DNA of 64,000 nt from an uncultured Candidatus Peribacteria bacterium (lineage in GTDB: Bacteria > Patescibacteriota > Gracilibacteria > Peribacterales > Peribacteraceae). The notes beneath the pieces were generated by a model. That model was not told the DNA's origin. It saw only the letters and a list, made by a program, of their open reading frames with translations, and did not search any database. Position numbers and translations under genes: made by a program. Shown piece by piece: positions 45,931-55,252 of this stretch. The DNA is taken from assembly GCA_964448405.1 (NCBI GenBank), contig CAYUVW010000002.1, forward strand, positions 7,745 to 71,744. The letters are read 5' to 3'. Numbering within the stretch: position 1 is the stretch's first letter; each line of letters begins with the position of its first letter.

Positions 45931-46291
45931 GAAGAAGCTAACAGTTGGTACGTAAGGTGCGCCAGAACATTACAAAATGACTTTTGGCCTAACCAAAGGG
46001 ACTAATTCAGTTTTTGGTGGATTTTGATTGACTTTTGATGATTAGCACTCGGAACTGGAGTGTGCCAATAAGCAAGAAGAAATCGCTTACCTTAGCCACT
46101 TGAATTGTATAATGGGGACTCTTATCTTTTCCCCGGTACCGATGAGGCAGCTCCTCCATAGCCATTGAGAAAAGACACGTAGCCGCTAAGGACGACGTGT
46201 CTTTCCAGCAATCGAATCGCTTTCTACCACAAGCATTCAAGCAGGTTCTCTAGGTCCTAGCAAAAAACTTCTATTTTGCTTCCTATTTTTT

Positions 46292-46513
46292 ATGTCCAAT
46301 CAACACGTAGTCGAGCGCTCCGATGGCTGGGGCGTCCGCGGCGAAGGCAACTCCCGCGACACCTCTCATCACAATACTCAGGCCGATGCAATCCGGGCCG
46401 CTCGTGACATCGCCCAGAACCAAGGTGGCGACGTCATGATCCATGATCGTCACGGAAAAATCCGTGAACGTAACACCTACGGCAAGCCCGATCCCTTTCC
46501 GCCGCGCGGCTAA
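46292..46513 (+). CDS. DUF2188-family small protein
   Basis: ERSDGWGVRGEGNSR ... TQADAIRAARDIAQNQGGDVMIHDRHGKIRE. Confidence 0.6.
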   Translation: MSNQHVVERSDGWGVRGEGNSRDTSHHNTQADAIRAARDIAQNQGGDVMIHDRHGKIRERNTYGKPDPFPPRG

Positions 46514-46532
46514 TTCCCCCCCCCCACTTCTA

Positions 46533-46691
46533 ATGACTCACATTTCACAAATCTCCGTGGCCGCTAACAAGGCGGTTGTGGAACTAGCCGAGGCTTTACT
46601 CGCTCGGAACTTCACGCATACGCAGGTTGCCCAGATCGTAGGGCAAGTCTACGAAACGTGTGGCACCTATGGCTATCGTCCCGCGAAATGA
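46533..46691 (+). CDS. hypothetical small protein
   Basis: 52 aa from ATG 46533. Sits 20 nt after the DUF2188 gene and directly before a terminator hairpin. Confidence 0.3.
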   Translation: MTHISQISVAANKAVVELAEALLARNFTHTQVAQIVGQVYETCGTYGYRPAK

Positions 46692-46699
46692 AAAGGCCT

Positions 46700-46729
46700 G
46701 CAGCCCGGCATAATACCCGGGCTGCTTTT
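46700..46729. terminator. bidirectional terminator hairpin between convergent genes
   Basis: GCAGCCCGG-CATAATAC-CCGGGCTGC followed by TTTT. Confidence 0.7.
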
Positions 46730-47909
46730 ACTCGACCCACAGCAACAAACTCTTCAGGTAATCGACCTCCGGGTGATACAGGTTGATGGGGTGATCCACG
46801 GCGTGGCGGTGGCGCTGGATGATGCGCACGAAACGCTTGGCCTGGCGTGCAGCGTGGAAAATGGCCGTCTGGAACAACTGCTGGTCCATTTGGTACGAAC
46901 ACGAGCACGTGAGCAGCAAGCTGTTGGCGGGCAAGATGTCGAACGCCATGCGGTTCATGTCGGTATACGCTTTCTTGGCCGGCTCCAGGTCGGTGCTGCG
47001 CTTGGCGAACGCCGGCGGGTCGAGCACGATGAAGTCGTATTTGCGCGGCATGGGCTTCTTACGCAGAAACTCGAACGTATCGTTGGGGTATGCGCCGAAC
47101 GCTTCGGTATTCAAACCGTTCAGTTTCACGTGCTCCTTGGCACGCGCAATGGCCACCTGGTCGTAATCGACTGCGTCTGCAGCGAGTGCTCCGCCAGCCA
47201 GTGCGTTCACCGAGAAACCGCCGACGTAGCTGCAGCAATCCAGAACCGTGCGGCCTTTGGCATACGTGCGCACCAGCGTGCGCATTTCGCGCTGGTCCAA
47301 AAAGAAACCGGTCTTCTGGCTACCGGCGATGTCGATGACGTATTTCAGTCCGCGCTCCTTCACCTCGAATTTGGCCGGACCCTCGCCCTTCACCCAGCCT
47401 TCCTTGGGTTCGAGTCCTTCCTTCTTACGAGAGCCACCGGTGGATTTCTCGAACACGGCCTTAGGCTTGCACAAACCGAACAGCAAGTCGGCGATCCAGT
47501 CGCGCAGCTTGTCCATGCCCATGGTCGTGAGCTGCATGACGATAATGTCGCCGTACTGGTCCACAATGAGCCCCGGGATGCCGTCGCCCTCGGCGTTGAT
47601 GAGACGCCAGCAGTTGGTGTCCTCGGTCCCGGCCAGCGACTTACGCATGGCGACCGCGCGCGAGATGTTGCGGCGCAGGGTGTCCATGGGGTCGCCGCGG
47701 TCGAACGCGATTGCACGGCCGCAGATGTAGGCTTCACTGTTGTACGTGGCGTAGCACAGGAACTCCCCTTTCACGCTCTTCACTTCCACAATGGAGCCAT
47801 CCTCGGCGGCAGGCGGCGACGTAATGGCCGACTGAAAAATGGCGTGATGCCTGTTGCGCAGGTGAATTTCGCCGGTCGCCTTAACTGTGAGAACGGGGTA
47901 GAACTGCAT
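46728..47909 (-). CDS. rlmI: RlmI-like 23S rRNA m5C methyltransferase (PUA + class I MTase)
   Basis: 393 aa. GIPGLIVDQYGD, QKTGFFLDQRE, VLDCCSYVGGF and IVLDPPAFAK. Confidence 0.8.
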   Translation of the reverse strand: MQFYPVLTVKATGEIHLRNRHHAIFQSAITSPPAAEDGSIVEVKSVKGEFLCYATYNSEAYICGRAIAFDRGDPMDTLRRNISRAVAMRKSLAGTEDTNCWRLINAEGDGIPGLIVDQYGDIIVMQLTTMGMDKLRDWIADLLFGLCKPKAVFEKSTGGSRKKEGLEPKEGWVKGEGPAKFEVKERGLKYVIDIAGSQKTGFFLDQREMRTLVRTYAKGRTVLDCCSYVGGFSVNALAGGALAADAVDYDQVAIARAKEHVKLNGLNTEAFGAYPNDTFEFLRKKPMPRKYDFIVLDPPAFAKRSTDLEPAKKAYTDMNRMAFDILPANSLLLTCSCSYQMDQQLFQTAIFHAARQAKRFVRIIQRHRHAVDHPINLYHPEVDYLKSLLLWVE

Positions 47910-47920
47910 GGGCAGCTAGA

Positions 47921-48553
47921 CTAGCACGTTGTTGCATGTTCCGCAGCATCGGACTGCTTGCGCAGCGTATTGAAGATGAGTGCGGCACGCGCGCCTTCGC
48001 GCGGATACACGATGCCGCCGAACGTATCGGATGCACCATCCTGAATGCCATGGACGTACTCACGCACCTCTCCGCTCATGACATACAAGTCGCCGGGGCG
48101 CACTCGCAATCGGGCGGCAATGCAGTCCCCCAGCCTGCGACGGAACTCCACGACGCAACCTGCTCCGAGCGTCAGAATGGCAGCCTGATCAATTTCCTCC
48201 CGATCGATATGATCCGGTATACCCTTGCCAACTCGGTACCATTTCACATGAGTGATGCGATTCCCTCCGCTAAGGATGCCGAGCGCCGCCACCCTGGCTT
48301 CCATGGCGATGAGTTCCGGTGGCGAGAGATGCGGCAACACCAAATCAATATCGCAATGGTCTTCCCGCATCAGGCGGCGTCTGCGGCGCTTGCGCAGTGC
48401 ATCGACCAATGCCTGTTGTTCAGCTGGCGATACGAACCCCGGAATATGCAATAAACCCGGCAGGGCCGGACCTTCCAGGAATTCTGGCAAGACCGCGGGC
48501 TGGTGTGGTGGGGAACCGGGAATGTTCATGGGTCGGACATCCAAGCAGGCCAA
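47921..48553 (-). CDS. AlkB-like Fe(II)/2-oxoglutarate dioxygenase
   Basis: GLLHIPGFVS, HIDRE (HxD), YVHGI and trailing Arg residues. 11 nt upstream of rlmI. Confidence 0.55.
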   Translation of the reverse strand: MACLDVRPMNIPGSPPHQPAVLPEFLEGPALPGLLHIPGFVSPAEQQALVDALRKRRRRRLMREDHCDIDLVLPHLSPPELIAMEARVAALGILSGGNRITHVKWYRVGKGIPDHIDREEIDQAAILTLGAGCVVEFRRRLGDCIAARLRVRPGDLYVMSGEVREYVHGIQDGASDTFGGIVYPREGARAALIFNTLRKQSDAAEHATTC

Positions 48554-48571
48554 AAGCCTTATGGCAAGTAC

Positions 48572-49645
48572 TTAACGCAGGGCGCTCGCATCCACGACCC
48601 GGTCAAAACGGCGCCCGTTGATCATGAGCGTGGGGATTTTGATCGTGCGTACTTTCTCCTCCACGATCATGCGTTGTTCGGCCAGCGAGTGTGCGACTTC
48701 ATGCGAAGCGGCAAGCGTGGCAATGCGCTGCACTTGCGCTTCGTTGTAACCCACCTCACGCGCAAGTATCTGCAGCTGTGCTTCAGCCTGGGTTGCGGTA
48801 AAGCCGATCACGAATTTTTCTTGCATGGAGACAGTTGCACCGGATGCGGTATCGGCGAAAATCGCTTCCAATAAGCGCCAGTCGCCGCCAATGCCGCCGC
48901 TGTTACTCAGCGGTACGAGTTTTGCAGCCTCTATATACGACGCCATCAGCGTAGAGTGCGGGAACTTCGTGCCGCCTTCGGGCAGTGGAATGGGGTACAG
49001 CAAATAACTGACGTTGTGCGTATCCAGTGCACCGGCAGTCTCGAGATTTTTCGTGACCTTGCGGCAGAATTGGCAACTGGGATCGATGATTTCCAATGCG
49101 TACGGCTTGGCAGCATCGCGTGCACGGGCAAAGGTGACAGTCGGTCCGAAGTACTGCGTCGGCTCCCACGTTTTCAAGCGATCGGGAATGCGCGACAGCG
49201 TGTCGGCGAATCCTGTAATCGGTGCCATGGCCCACTCCCCAAGCTTGTTGCGGGCAATGGCATCGCCAAGCGACAACGACGCTTGCTGCACACCGCACGC
49301 TTCGCCGGACAACGAGCACGATTCGGCGCTGCTGGGATCGCAGGTGTCGTACACCCACAGGTTCAAACCGGAATTGGCAACCGCGACAAGGCTCCAAATG
49401 CTCAGTGCAACGAACGCAAATGCGAACCAATCAAGCGAGCGGTCGATGGGGCGAACCAGCGCAGGCCAGCGCACGACGACTTTGGCCAGAATGCGTGCTT
49501 TCAATTCATCGCCGAATGCAATGTCGCATGGACGAAAGGTGACGCGTCGCCACACGCAGTACCATGCTTTGCCGGCCAGCGGCCGGTAGCGTGCCGAGAA
49601 CAAGGCCAGCACTGCGAAGACGATGAAGGCGGCTATACAAAACAT
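48572..49645 (-). CDS. membrane-anchored DsbA/thioredoxin-fold oxidoreductase
   Basis: Two to three N-terminal TM helices with paired Cys residues. C-terminal domain with PSCQFCRK (CxxC) and IKIPTLMINGRRF (cis-Pro region). Confidence 0.6.
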   Translation of the reverse strand: MFCIAAFIVFAVLALFSARYRPLAGKAWYCVWRRVTFRPCDIAFGDELKARILAKVVVRWPALVRPIDRSLDWFAFAFVALSIWSLVAVANSGLNLWVYDTCDPSSAESCSLSGEACGVQQASLSLGDAIARNKLGEWAMAPITGFADTLSRIPDRLKTWEPTQYFGPTVTFARARDAAKPYALEIIDPSCQFCRKVTKNLETAGALDTHNVSYLLYPIPLPEGGTKFPHSTLMASYIEAAKLVPLSNSGGIGGDWRLLEAIFADTASGATVSMQEKFVIGFTATQAEAQLQILAREVGYNEAQVQRIATLAASHEVAHSLAEQRMIVEEKVRTIKIPTLMINGRRFDRVVDASALR

Positions 49646-49647
49646 GG

Positions 49648-50868
49648 TTACGCGCTGAGGATACGGGAAAGAATTGCGGCCAGACGATCTACCTGCTCAG
49701 GTGTATTTTGCAACCCGAGTGAGAGCCGCACCAGCGGCGGGAGCTTGCGACGATGCGCCAATTCGTAGTGGCAGCAGAAGTGTCCGCTGCGACACATGAC
49801 TCCGGCTTCATCCAGGAACAGCGCCAAACGATGCGCATCGATGCCGTCGGCCCATAGGCTGACGATAGGACTGGCGGATGCATTCACCACATGTGCCTTG
49901 GGTATGTTCTTCAACGCTGCAAACAGACGCTCGGCCAATGCCGATTCATAGGCGTCGCGCGTTGTTCCGTCGCGCTTCCAGCCGTTCAGCCAATCGATTG
50001 CTTTGCGCAAGCCCACAATGCCGCCCCAGTTCTGCAAACCGAGCTCAAGTGCGGCATGCTCTTGTTCCGTATCGCCGAGCAACGACGTGGCACTGTCACG
50101 ATCGACATCGGATACCGTTCCCCCGCCGACAAGGAAGTACTCCAGTGAACGCAGTAACGTACGACGAATCACAACGAAACCGATGCTTGGTCCGTACATT
50201 TTATGACCCGATCCGAACAATGCATCGAACTCCACGCCCTGTAACGAACCCAGCCCGTGAGCGAATGTTTGTGCTGCATCCAGAAGCAAGATTCCCCCGC
50301 CGGCATGCACATCAGCCGCCAGCTGCTTGGCATTCGGCAAACCGCGTCCGTCGATATTCGACGTGGTATTCACCAAAACAACCGCATCGCGCAGCTGTCC
50401 GGCTTCGTACAGCAACGATCCGTCCTCGGCACGCTCCAATACCAGTCGTTCGGCAGCGTGACGCTTGGCCCATGTTTGCGACGGCAAGAACACCGAGTTG
50501 TGTTCAATGGTCGAGGTGACGATTCGGGTAAAGCGCTTCTGCGGCAACTGCTGCAACACGATATTAATGCCGTACGTCGTGTTCAGCGTGAACGCCACCG
50601 CATACTCTTTGGACGACACACCCAGCATGTCGAGAATGCCGGCACGCGCAGCTTGGACCTCTGCATCGACCGTGCGCCCCCAACCGTATTTCACGCGTCC
50701 GCCGCAGGCGTTGTTTTGTGTGTAGTACGCGGACTCGGCATCGATAACACACTGCGGTCGCAATGTTTGGCAGGCGGTATCCGCATAGATTTTTCCGGCA
50801 GGCAGGTAGCCGAAATCAACATCCGAAGAAGTCGGCTTTGCCGAGCGTTTGGCAGAGAACAGTCCCAT
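49648..50868 (-). CDS. class V aminotransferase / cysteine desulfurase
   Basis: PLP lysine in GSGHKMYGPSIG. Catalytic Cys loop CRSGHFCCH. Confidence 0.8.
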   Translation of the reverse strand: MGLFSAKRSAKPTSSDVDFGYLPAGKIYADTACQTLRPQCVIDAESAYYTQNNACGGRVKYGWGRTVDAEVQAARAGILDMLGVSSKEYAVAFTLNTTYGINIVLQQLPQKRFTRIVTSTIEHNSVFLPSQTWAKRHAAERLVLERAEDGSLLYEAGQLRDAVVLVNTTSNIDGRGLPNAKQLAADVHAGGGILLLDAAQTFAHGLGSLQGVEFDALFGSGHKMYGPSIGFVVIRRTLLRSLEYFLVGGGTVSDVDRDSATSLLGDTEQEHAALELGLQNWGGIVGLRKAIDWLNGWKRDGTTRDAYESALAERLFAALKNIPKAHVVNASASPIVSLWADGIDAHRLALFLDEAGVMCRSGHFCCHYELAHRRKLPPLVRLSLGLQNTPEQVDRLAAILSRILSA

Positions 50869-50914
50869 GACTCCATTATTGTGCCACGAATTTCATCCGA
50901 TGTATTGCCTTACA

Positions 50915-52081
50915 CTACGCCGGGTTGCTTTCGGGGATATCCACATCGGCCAAGCGCACGGCATTCCACCGAATGCGTCCGGGTGGGAACGTGGTGTACC
51001 CGCTCAAGATGCTGGCTGGCGCATGCGTATCACGGTATTGCTCGAACTCCTCCGGCGTCACATCGGCATACAGCAGGCTTGCGTCAGGACCTACGGCATA
51101 CTGATGCAATACATCACTCAAGTCTGGTGTGGCCATTTGCCCCGTTGCGCGTCCGCGCAGTTCGCCGAAACGAAGGATTTCGTCCTCGGTCATGGACTCC
51201 CAATGCACGTCATCGCGAAAGAATGCCTGAAACTCCTGCTGCTCTGCAGGCGTGAGTGGCGCGCGTTCTACATACGGACCAACGATGCCGCGAAACATCC
51301 GAATGTGTCCTGCTGCCACGGGTGGCAATGCTTCGCGGATTCGCGCCTCGCGGCGTAAGCCGGCTTTCAGGCCTTCATCGCGCTGATGCCGTATGGCATC
51401 GGGGTGTTCAGAGATCAGCCAGAATTCGTAATCACGACCTGCGAATTCAACGAAAAATCCGTCTTCGGTGTAATACACGGCGGCACCCAAGTCATCGAGC
51501 GCCTGCGACAACGGCTCGGCATCGGGAGGCTGCCAATAGCAATAGCGTCCGCCTTCCATTTGTTCGTGAAATCGCAGGTGATAGCGCTGCCAAAGCTCTC
51601 GTCCGGGACCGTTGAAAAAGCGTCGCGCTTCACGCGCCTGCTGCGACCCCTGGAAGAACCACTGCGTTTGGCGGCCGTCGGCCAAGGGAATAACGAAATC
51701 GATGTTATCGGCGTAATCGACATGACGAACGAAGCCGATACCAAGGGCACGCAACTCGGCAATCACCTGCTGTATACGCACATCCCGAGAGTCGCCATAG
51801 CGATTGCGCGCATAGGTGAACTGACATCCTAACTCGTTCGCCCCAGCGCATTCCACGTCACATACCGAAGCTGCGGCAAACTGTTGCGCCAGCGGCAGCA
51901 ATGACTCCGGTGTGGGAGTAGGCCATTGCAGTGTTGCATTCACATCCACCGGTACAGCCCCAAGGAGTGAGCGATACTGCTCTGCCATGGCAGCGATGAG
52001 ATCGTGGTGTCCGACCTCCAGCGCAAGAGGCGGAGACGTAGTGTCGATTTCGCCAACGTTAGGTTGATTTTTCGACTGCAT
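50915..52081 (-). CDS. hypothetical protein
   Basis: 388 aa from ATG 52081, preceded by an extended -10 (TGTATAAT on the minus strand). No family recognised. Confidence 0.55.
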   Translation of the reverse strand: MQSKNQPNVGEIDTTSPPLALEVGHHDLIAAMAEQYRSLLGAVPVDVNATLQWPTPTPESLLPLAQQFAAASVCDVECAGANELGCQFTYARNRYGDSRDVRIQQVIAELRALGIGFVRHVDYADNIDFVIPLADGRQTQWFFQGSQQAREARRFFNGPGRELWQRYHLRFHEQMEGGRYCYWQPPDAEPLSQALDDLGAAVYYTEDGFFVEFAGRDYEFWLISEHPDAIRHQRDEGLKAGLRREARIREALPPVAAGHIRMFRGIVGPYVERAPLTPAEQQEFQAFFRDDVHWESMTEDEILRFGELRGRATGQMATPDLSDVLHQYAVGPDASLLYADVTPEEFEQYRDTHAPASILSGYTTFPPGRIRWNAVRLADVDIPESNPA

Positions 52082-52437
52082 TCTAAAGAATATTATACAA
52101 TAATTTTTCAATAAAGACAATAAGCAACGCGCTGGCAGACCGCAAGACAAAGCCAAAAATCTTCTTAATCCGGTCTTTATCCTCACTGCTTACGATGACG
52201 CTGTTTTCCCCGCATTCCATGTCGTTCTCACTTCGTACGCTGGGCATTACCATCGCCTCCGCAGTCGTCATCATCGCCGCCAACGCATCGATCTACGCTC
52301 ATGCAACAAATACCGGCGAGCACATGAGCCGGCAAGAAGCGCAATCGAACGGCAACCCCGTGCATATCGTGGTGCACCAGATCATCTAGGTGCCGTACTG
52401 CTGGCACGCGGCCACAAGGCTGCTGTAGCATGACGTC

Positions 52438-53043
52438 ATGCAGTTCTTCGCACTGGAAACCAGCATCGAGAAAATCCGAAAGCGCTACTTGGACCCGGGC
52501 GATCAGCTGATCCTTACGACGCAGTTTCATCCGCTGAAATTCTGGCTCTCGGTCTTGTGGCAAGTGCTGATCGGCATTGTGCTGATCACGTTGGCGGTCC
52601 TGGCATACGAATACACGCCGATCACGCTGGAATGGGACATTGGCGTGACGGCAGTGCTCTTCATTCCATTCGTGCTGTGGCCTGCGCTCAAACGCTACGT
52701 TGAGTGGCGCTACGATTTCATCGACGTTCTTGCCGACAAAGTCATCATCGTGGACCAAGGAACCATCTTTCGGCAAACCGTGAAGCAGATCAACTTGGAA
52801 AACTTCGCCAGCGTCGAAGCCGAGACGCAGCTCTTGAACCTGTTCCCATTCGGACGAGTGCGTTTCAGCCTGAAGGAAGGAGAGGGTGCAGCAATCGTGC
52901 TGAACTTCATTCCGCACGCCTCAGATGTCGCCGACACCATCGCCGATGCCGTCTCGCATTACCATCGCCGCCGAGAATTGCATCATACGGCCCCGGCAGC
53001 GACGGCGCCTGCTGCACCGGCTATCGCGCCGGAACAAAAGTAA
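52438..53043 (+). CDS. membrane protein with a bacterial PH (YdbS/bPH_2-like) domain
   Basis: Two TM helices followed by IIVDQGTIFRQTVKQINLENFASVE. TAGCAT (52426-52431) lies 6 nt before the ATG. Confidence 0.45.
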   Translation: MQFFALETSIEKIRKRYLDPGDQLILTTQFHPLKFWLSVLWQVLIGIVLITLAVLAYEYTPITLEWDIGVTAVLFIPFVLWPALKRYVEWRYDFIDVLADKVIIVDQGTIFRQTVKQINLENFASVEAETQLLNLFPFGRVRFSLKEGEGAAIVLNFIPHASDVADTIADAVSHYHRRRELHHTAPAATAPAAPAIAPEQK

Positions 53044-53096
53044 ACGCTCTCAAGATTGAGGCATGCGAGGAAGCAGGCGGCATTGCTCAGAGCGTT

Positions 53097-53543
53097 TTAG
53101 TGGTGATACCCGCTCCCGGCCAAAATGCCGTGCGCGCGATACAGCTGTTCGACGAACACCAGCTGCGCCAGTTCATGCGTGAAGGTCATGCTGCTGAGCG
53201 CGATGGAATCGAGCTTCTTCGCCCGCAACGCATCGGAGAAGCCATACGCGCCACCAATGACGAACGTCACCGTTTGGCCGCGGTCGCGGTGGAGCCCAAG
53301 CCAGCCTGCGAATTGTGTGGAATCCATTTCTCGTCCGCGTTCATCGAGCAGCACTACCTTGCCCTCCGCTTTTTCAACGGCCGCCTGAATGCGCTCGTCC
53401 TCTTCTTCGGACCGGCCGGCTGTGAGTACCTTGGGACGGAAATCGCACAAATGCGAAAGACGTTCGGTATACAGATCACAACCTTCTTTAATCCACGAGG
53501 TTTTAATTTTGCCGACGGTGACGAGGTGGATGCGGTGCACCAT
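53097..53543 (-). CDS. rlmH: 23S rRNA (pseudouridine1915-N3)-methyltransferase
   Basis: 148 aa from ATG 53543. SPOUT motifs VTFVIGGAYGFS and SSMTFTHELAQLVFVEQLYRA. Confidence 0.85.
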   Translation of the reverse strand: MVHRIHLVTVGKIKTSWIKEGCDLYTERLSHLCDFRPKVLTAGRSEEEDERIQAAVEKAEGKVVLLDERGREMDSTQFAGWLGLHRDRGQTVTFVIGGAYGFSDALRAKKLDSIALSSMTFTHELAQLVFVEQLYRAHGILAGSGYHH

Positions 53544-53647
53544 GGAAGGGTACGTCCAAGATGCGAAGCAGCCAAGCGCCAGAATCTCGTCGGACGGCAC
53601 TCGAGACAATTATGAGATACGAAAACGATGAGGTACAGTCGCGCTGA

Positions 53648-55231
53648 TTGAGCACCGATCACCCAAAGCGTTCACGATTCCCCTGGTTTGTATCCGCGGC
53701 ATGCGCCGGCGTGTATTTGGCGGTGCAACTTTCATTGCTTGAAACATACGGAGCCGTGTGGGATGAGCCGCTGCACCGTGGTTGGGCCCTGGATTTCCTG
53801 CGATGGTGGCAGACGAATGACTGGTCGATTATCGAAGGAATGCCGGGGCTGGGCATGCACTATGGGCCGCTCTACTACGTGGCAAACAGCTTCGTAACAG
53901 GCATTGCGCACGGTTGGTTCAACCTGTCGTTCGTTGCTGCAAACCATGTGCTCGGGGTGCTCATGACAAGCCTGTGCGTCTGGATGGTCTTTGAATTCGC
54001 TCAAGATCTTTTCGATAAGCGTGTGGCGATGGCGTCCACATTATTCTTTGTCTTGTATCCGCCGCTCATCGCACATGCACACTACAACGTGAAGGACGTC
54101 CCGCTCATGGTGGCGGTCACGGGAGCACTATGGCTATCGCATAGGGCACTGGAACGCAAAAGCATGGGCTACGCGGCCGGAGCGGGTGCGCTCTTCGGCG
54201 CGGCTTTGGCGATCAAGGTGTCGGCCCTGTTGGTTCTTCCGATTCCTCTCATCGGACTTGCGATGCAGTACATACCAAAGGAAAAACGCGTCACGTTGGG
54301 CAAGATTCTCCGTCGAGATGGAGTCAGAATCCTTGGCAGCTTGGCACTGTTTACCGCATGCATGCTGCTCACTATGATCGTGCTCTGGCCGACAGCATGG
54401 CACGACATCCTTCTCCCGTTACGATCGCTCGATGTGTTTCGAGGCCAGCACTTCTGGAATGCAAATGCACTCTATCTTGGGAGCAAGTACCCGTGGGGAC
54501 TGACGCCATGGCACTACATTCCCGTGAGCTTTCTGATTGCAACGCCAACCGTAACGCTCATGGCCGCACTCGTAGGCGCGCTGCTTCCATGCATTTCGAA
54601 TAGGGAGCGACACAAATGGCGCTCCACGGTCTGGGTGCTGCTGTGGGTGCTCATACCGATTGCGCTCACCATGCGCAGCGACCTTGTTCGCTACAACGGC
54701 ATGCGACAATTCTTCTTCTGCGTTCCAGCCGTCGCCATACTTGCAGGTTCAGGACTCGATGCAATCATGCGGGGTCTTCGGGCAAAACAGGCGCTGCAGC
54801 GACTCAGGCTGCCCGCTATTGTCGCTACGCTTTTCGTCCTTTCCCTCTTCAGTGAAATCGCTGTTGTTCATCCCTATGAAGGGTCATATACGAATGACGC
54901 CATCCGAACGCTTTCCAGTCCACGAAAAATACAGACAATGTTTGATATTGAGTATTGGGGATCAACCTACAAAGAAGGCCTGGAATGGCTGGAAAAAAAT
55001 GCGCCGCCATCTTCAACGATCTGCGTTCATTTTGCAGAAGGAGTCATAGATTGGTATGCAGTCCGCCCCGACTTGCGCTTCGCCTGCAACGAAGAATCCG
55101 CGTACACCATGTTCGTTGCCAGCTATCCAGCGGGAGCTCCTGGCGTGGATCAGCATGAATTTGACGGGCGCACACCGGTATTCAGCGTGCAGCGATACGG
55201 CGTACAACTCATGAAAATTTACAAACACTGA
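53648..55231 (+). CDS. GT-C-fold glycosyltransferase (ArnT/PMT-like)
   Basis: 527 aa, TTG start. WDEPLHRGW and HYNVKDVPLM loops, about 11 TM helices and a soluble C-terminal domain. Confidence 0.6.
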   Translation: MSTDHPKRSRFPWFVSAACAGVYLAVQLSLLETYGAVWDEPLHRGWALDFLRWWQTNDWSIIEGMPGLGMHYGPLYYVANSFVTGIAHGWFNLSFVAANHVLGVLMTSLCVWMVFEFAQDLFDKRVAMASTLFFVLYPPLIAHAHYNVKDVPLMVAVTGALWLSHRALERKSMGYAAGAGALFGAALAIKVSALLVLPIPLIGLAMQYIPKEKRVTLGKILRRDGVRILGSLALFTACMLLTMIVLWPTAWHDILLPLRSLDVFRGQHFWNANALYLGSKYPWGLTPWHYIPVSFLIATPTVTLMAALVGALLPCISNRERHKWRSTVWVLLWVLIPIALTMRSDLVRYNGMRQFFFCVPAVAILAGSGLDAIMRGLRAKQALQRLRLPAIVATLFVLSLFSEIAVVHPYEGSYTNDAIRTLSSPRKIQTMFDIEYWGSTYKEGLEWLEKNAPPSSTICVHFAEGVIDWYAVRPDLRFACNEESAYTMFVASYPAGAPGVDQHEFDGRTPVFSVQRYGVQLMKIYKH

Positions 55232-55252
55232 ACGCCAACGATGTCGACAGAC

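Noticed and set aside
46007-46240. 77-aa minus-strand ORF in the A/T-rich gap
   Set aside because: Low-complexity, stop-poor A/T-rich frame with no motif. The region is better explained as a promoter plus 5' UTR for the DUF2188 gene.
52195-52389. 64-aa plus-strand ORF with one hydrophobic segment in the divergent gap before the bPH gene
   Set aside because: It is plausible as a small membrane protein, but I found no promoter or -10 at leaderless distance, no homology clue and no translational coupling. The evidence is insufficient to annotate it.
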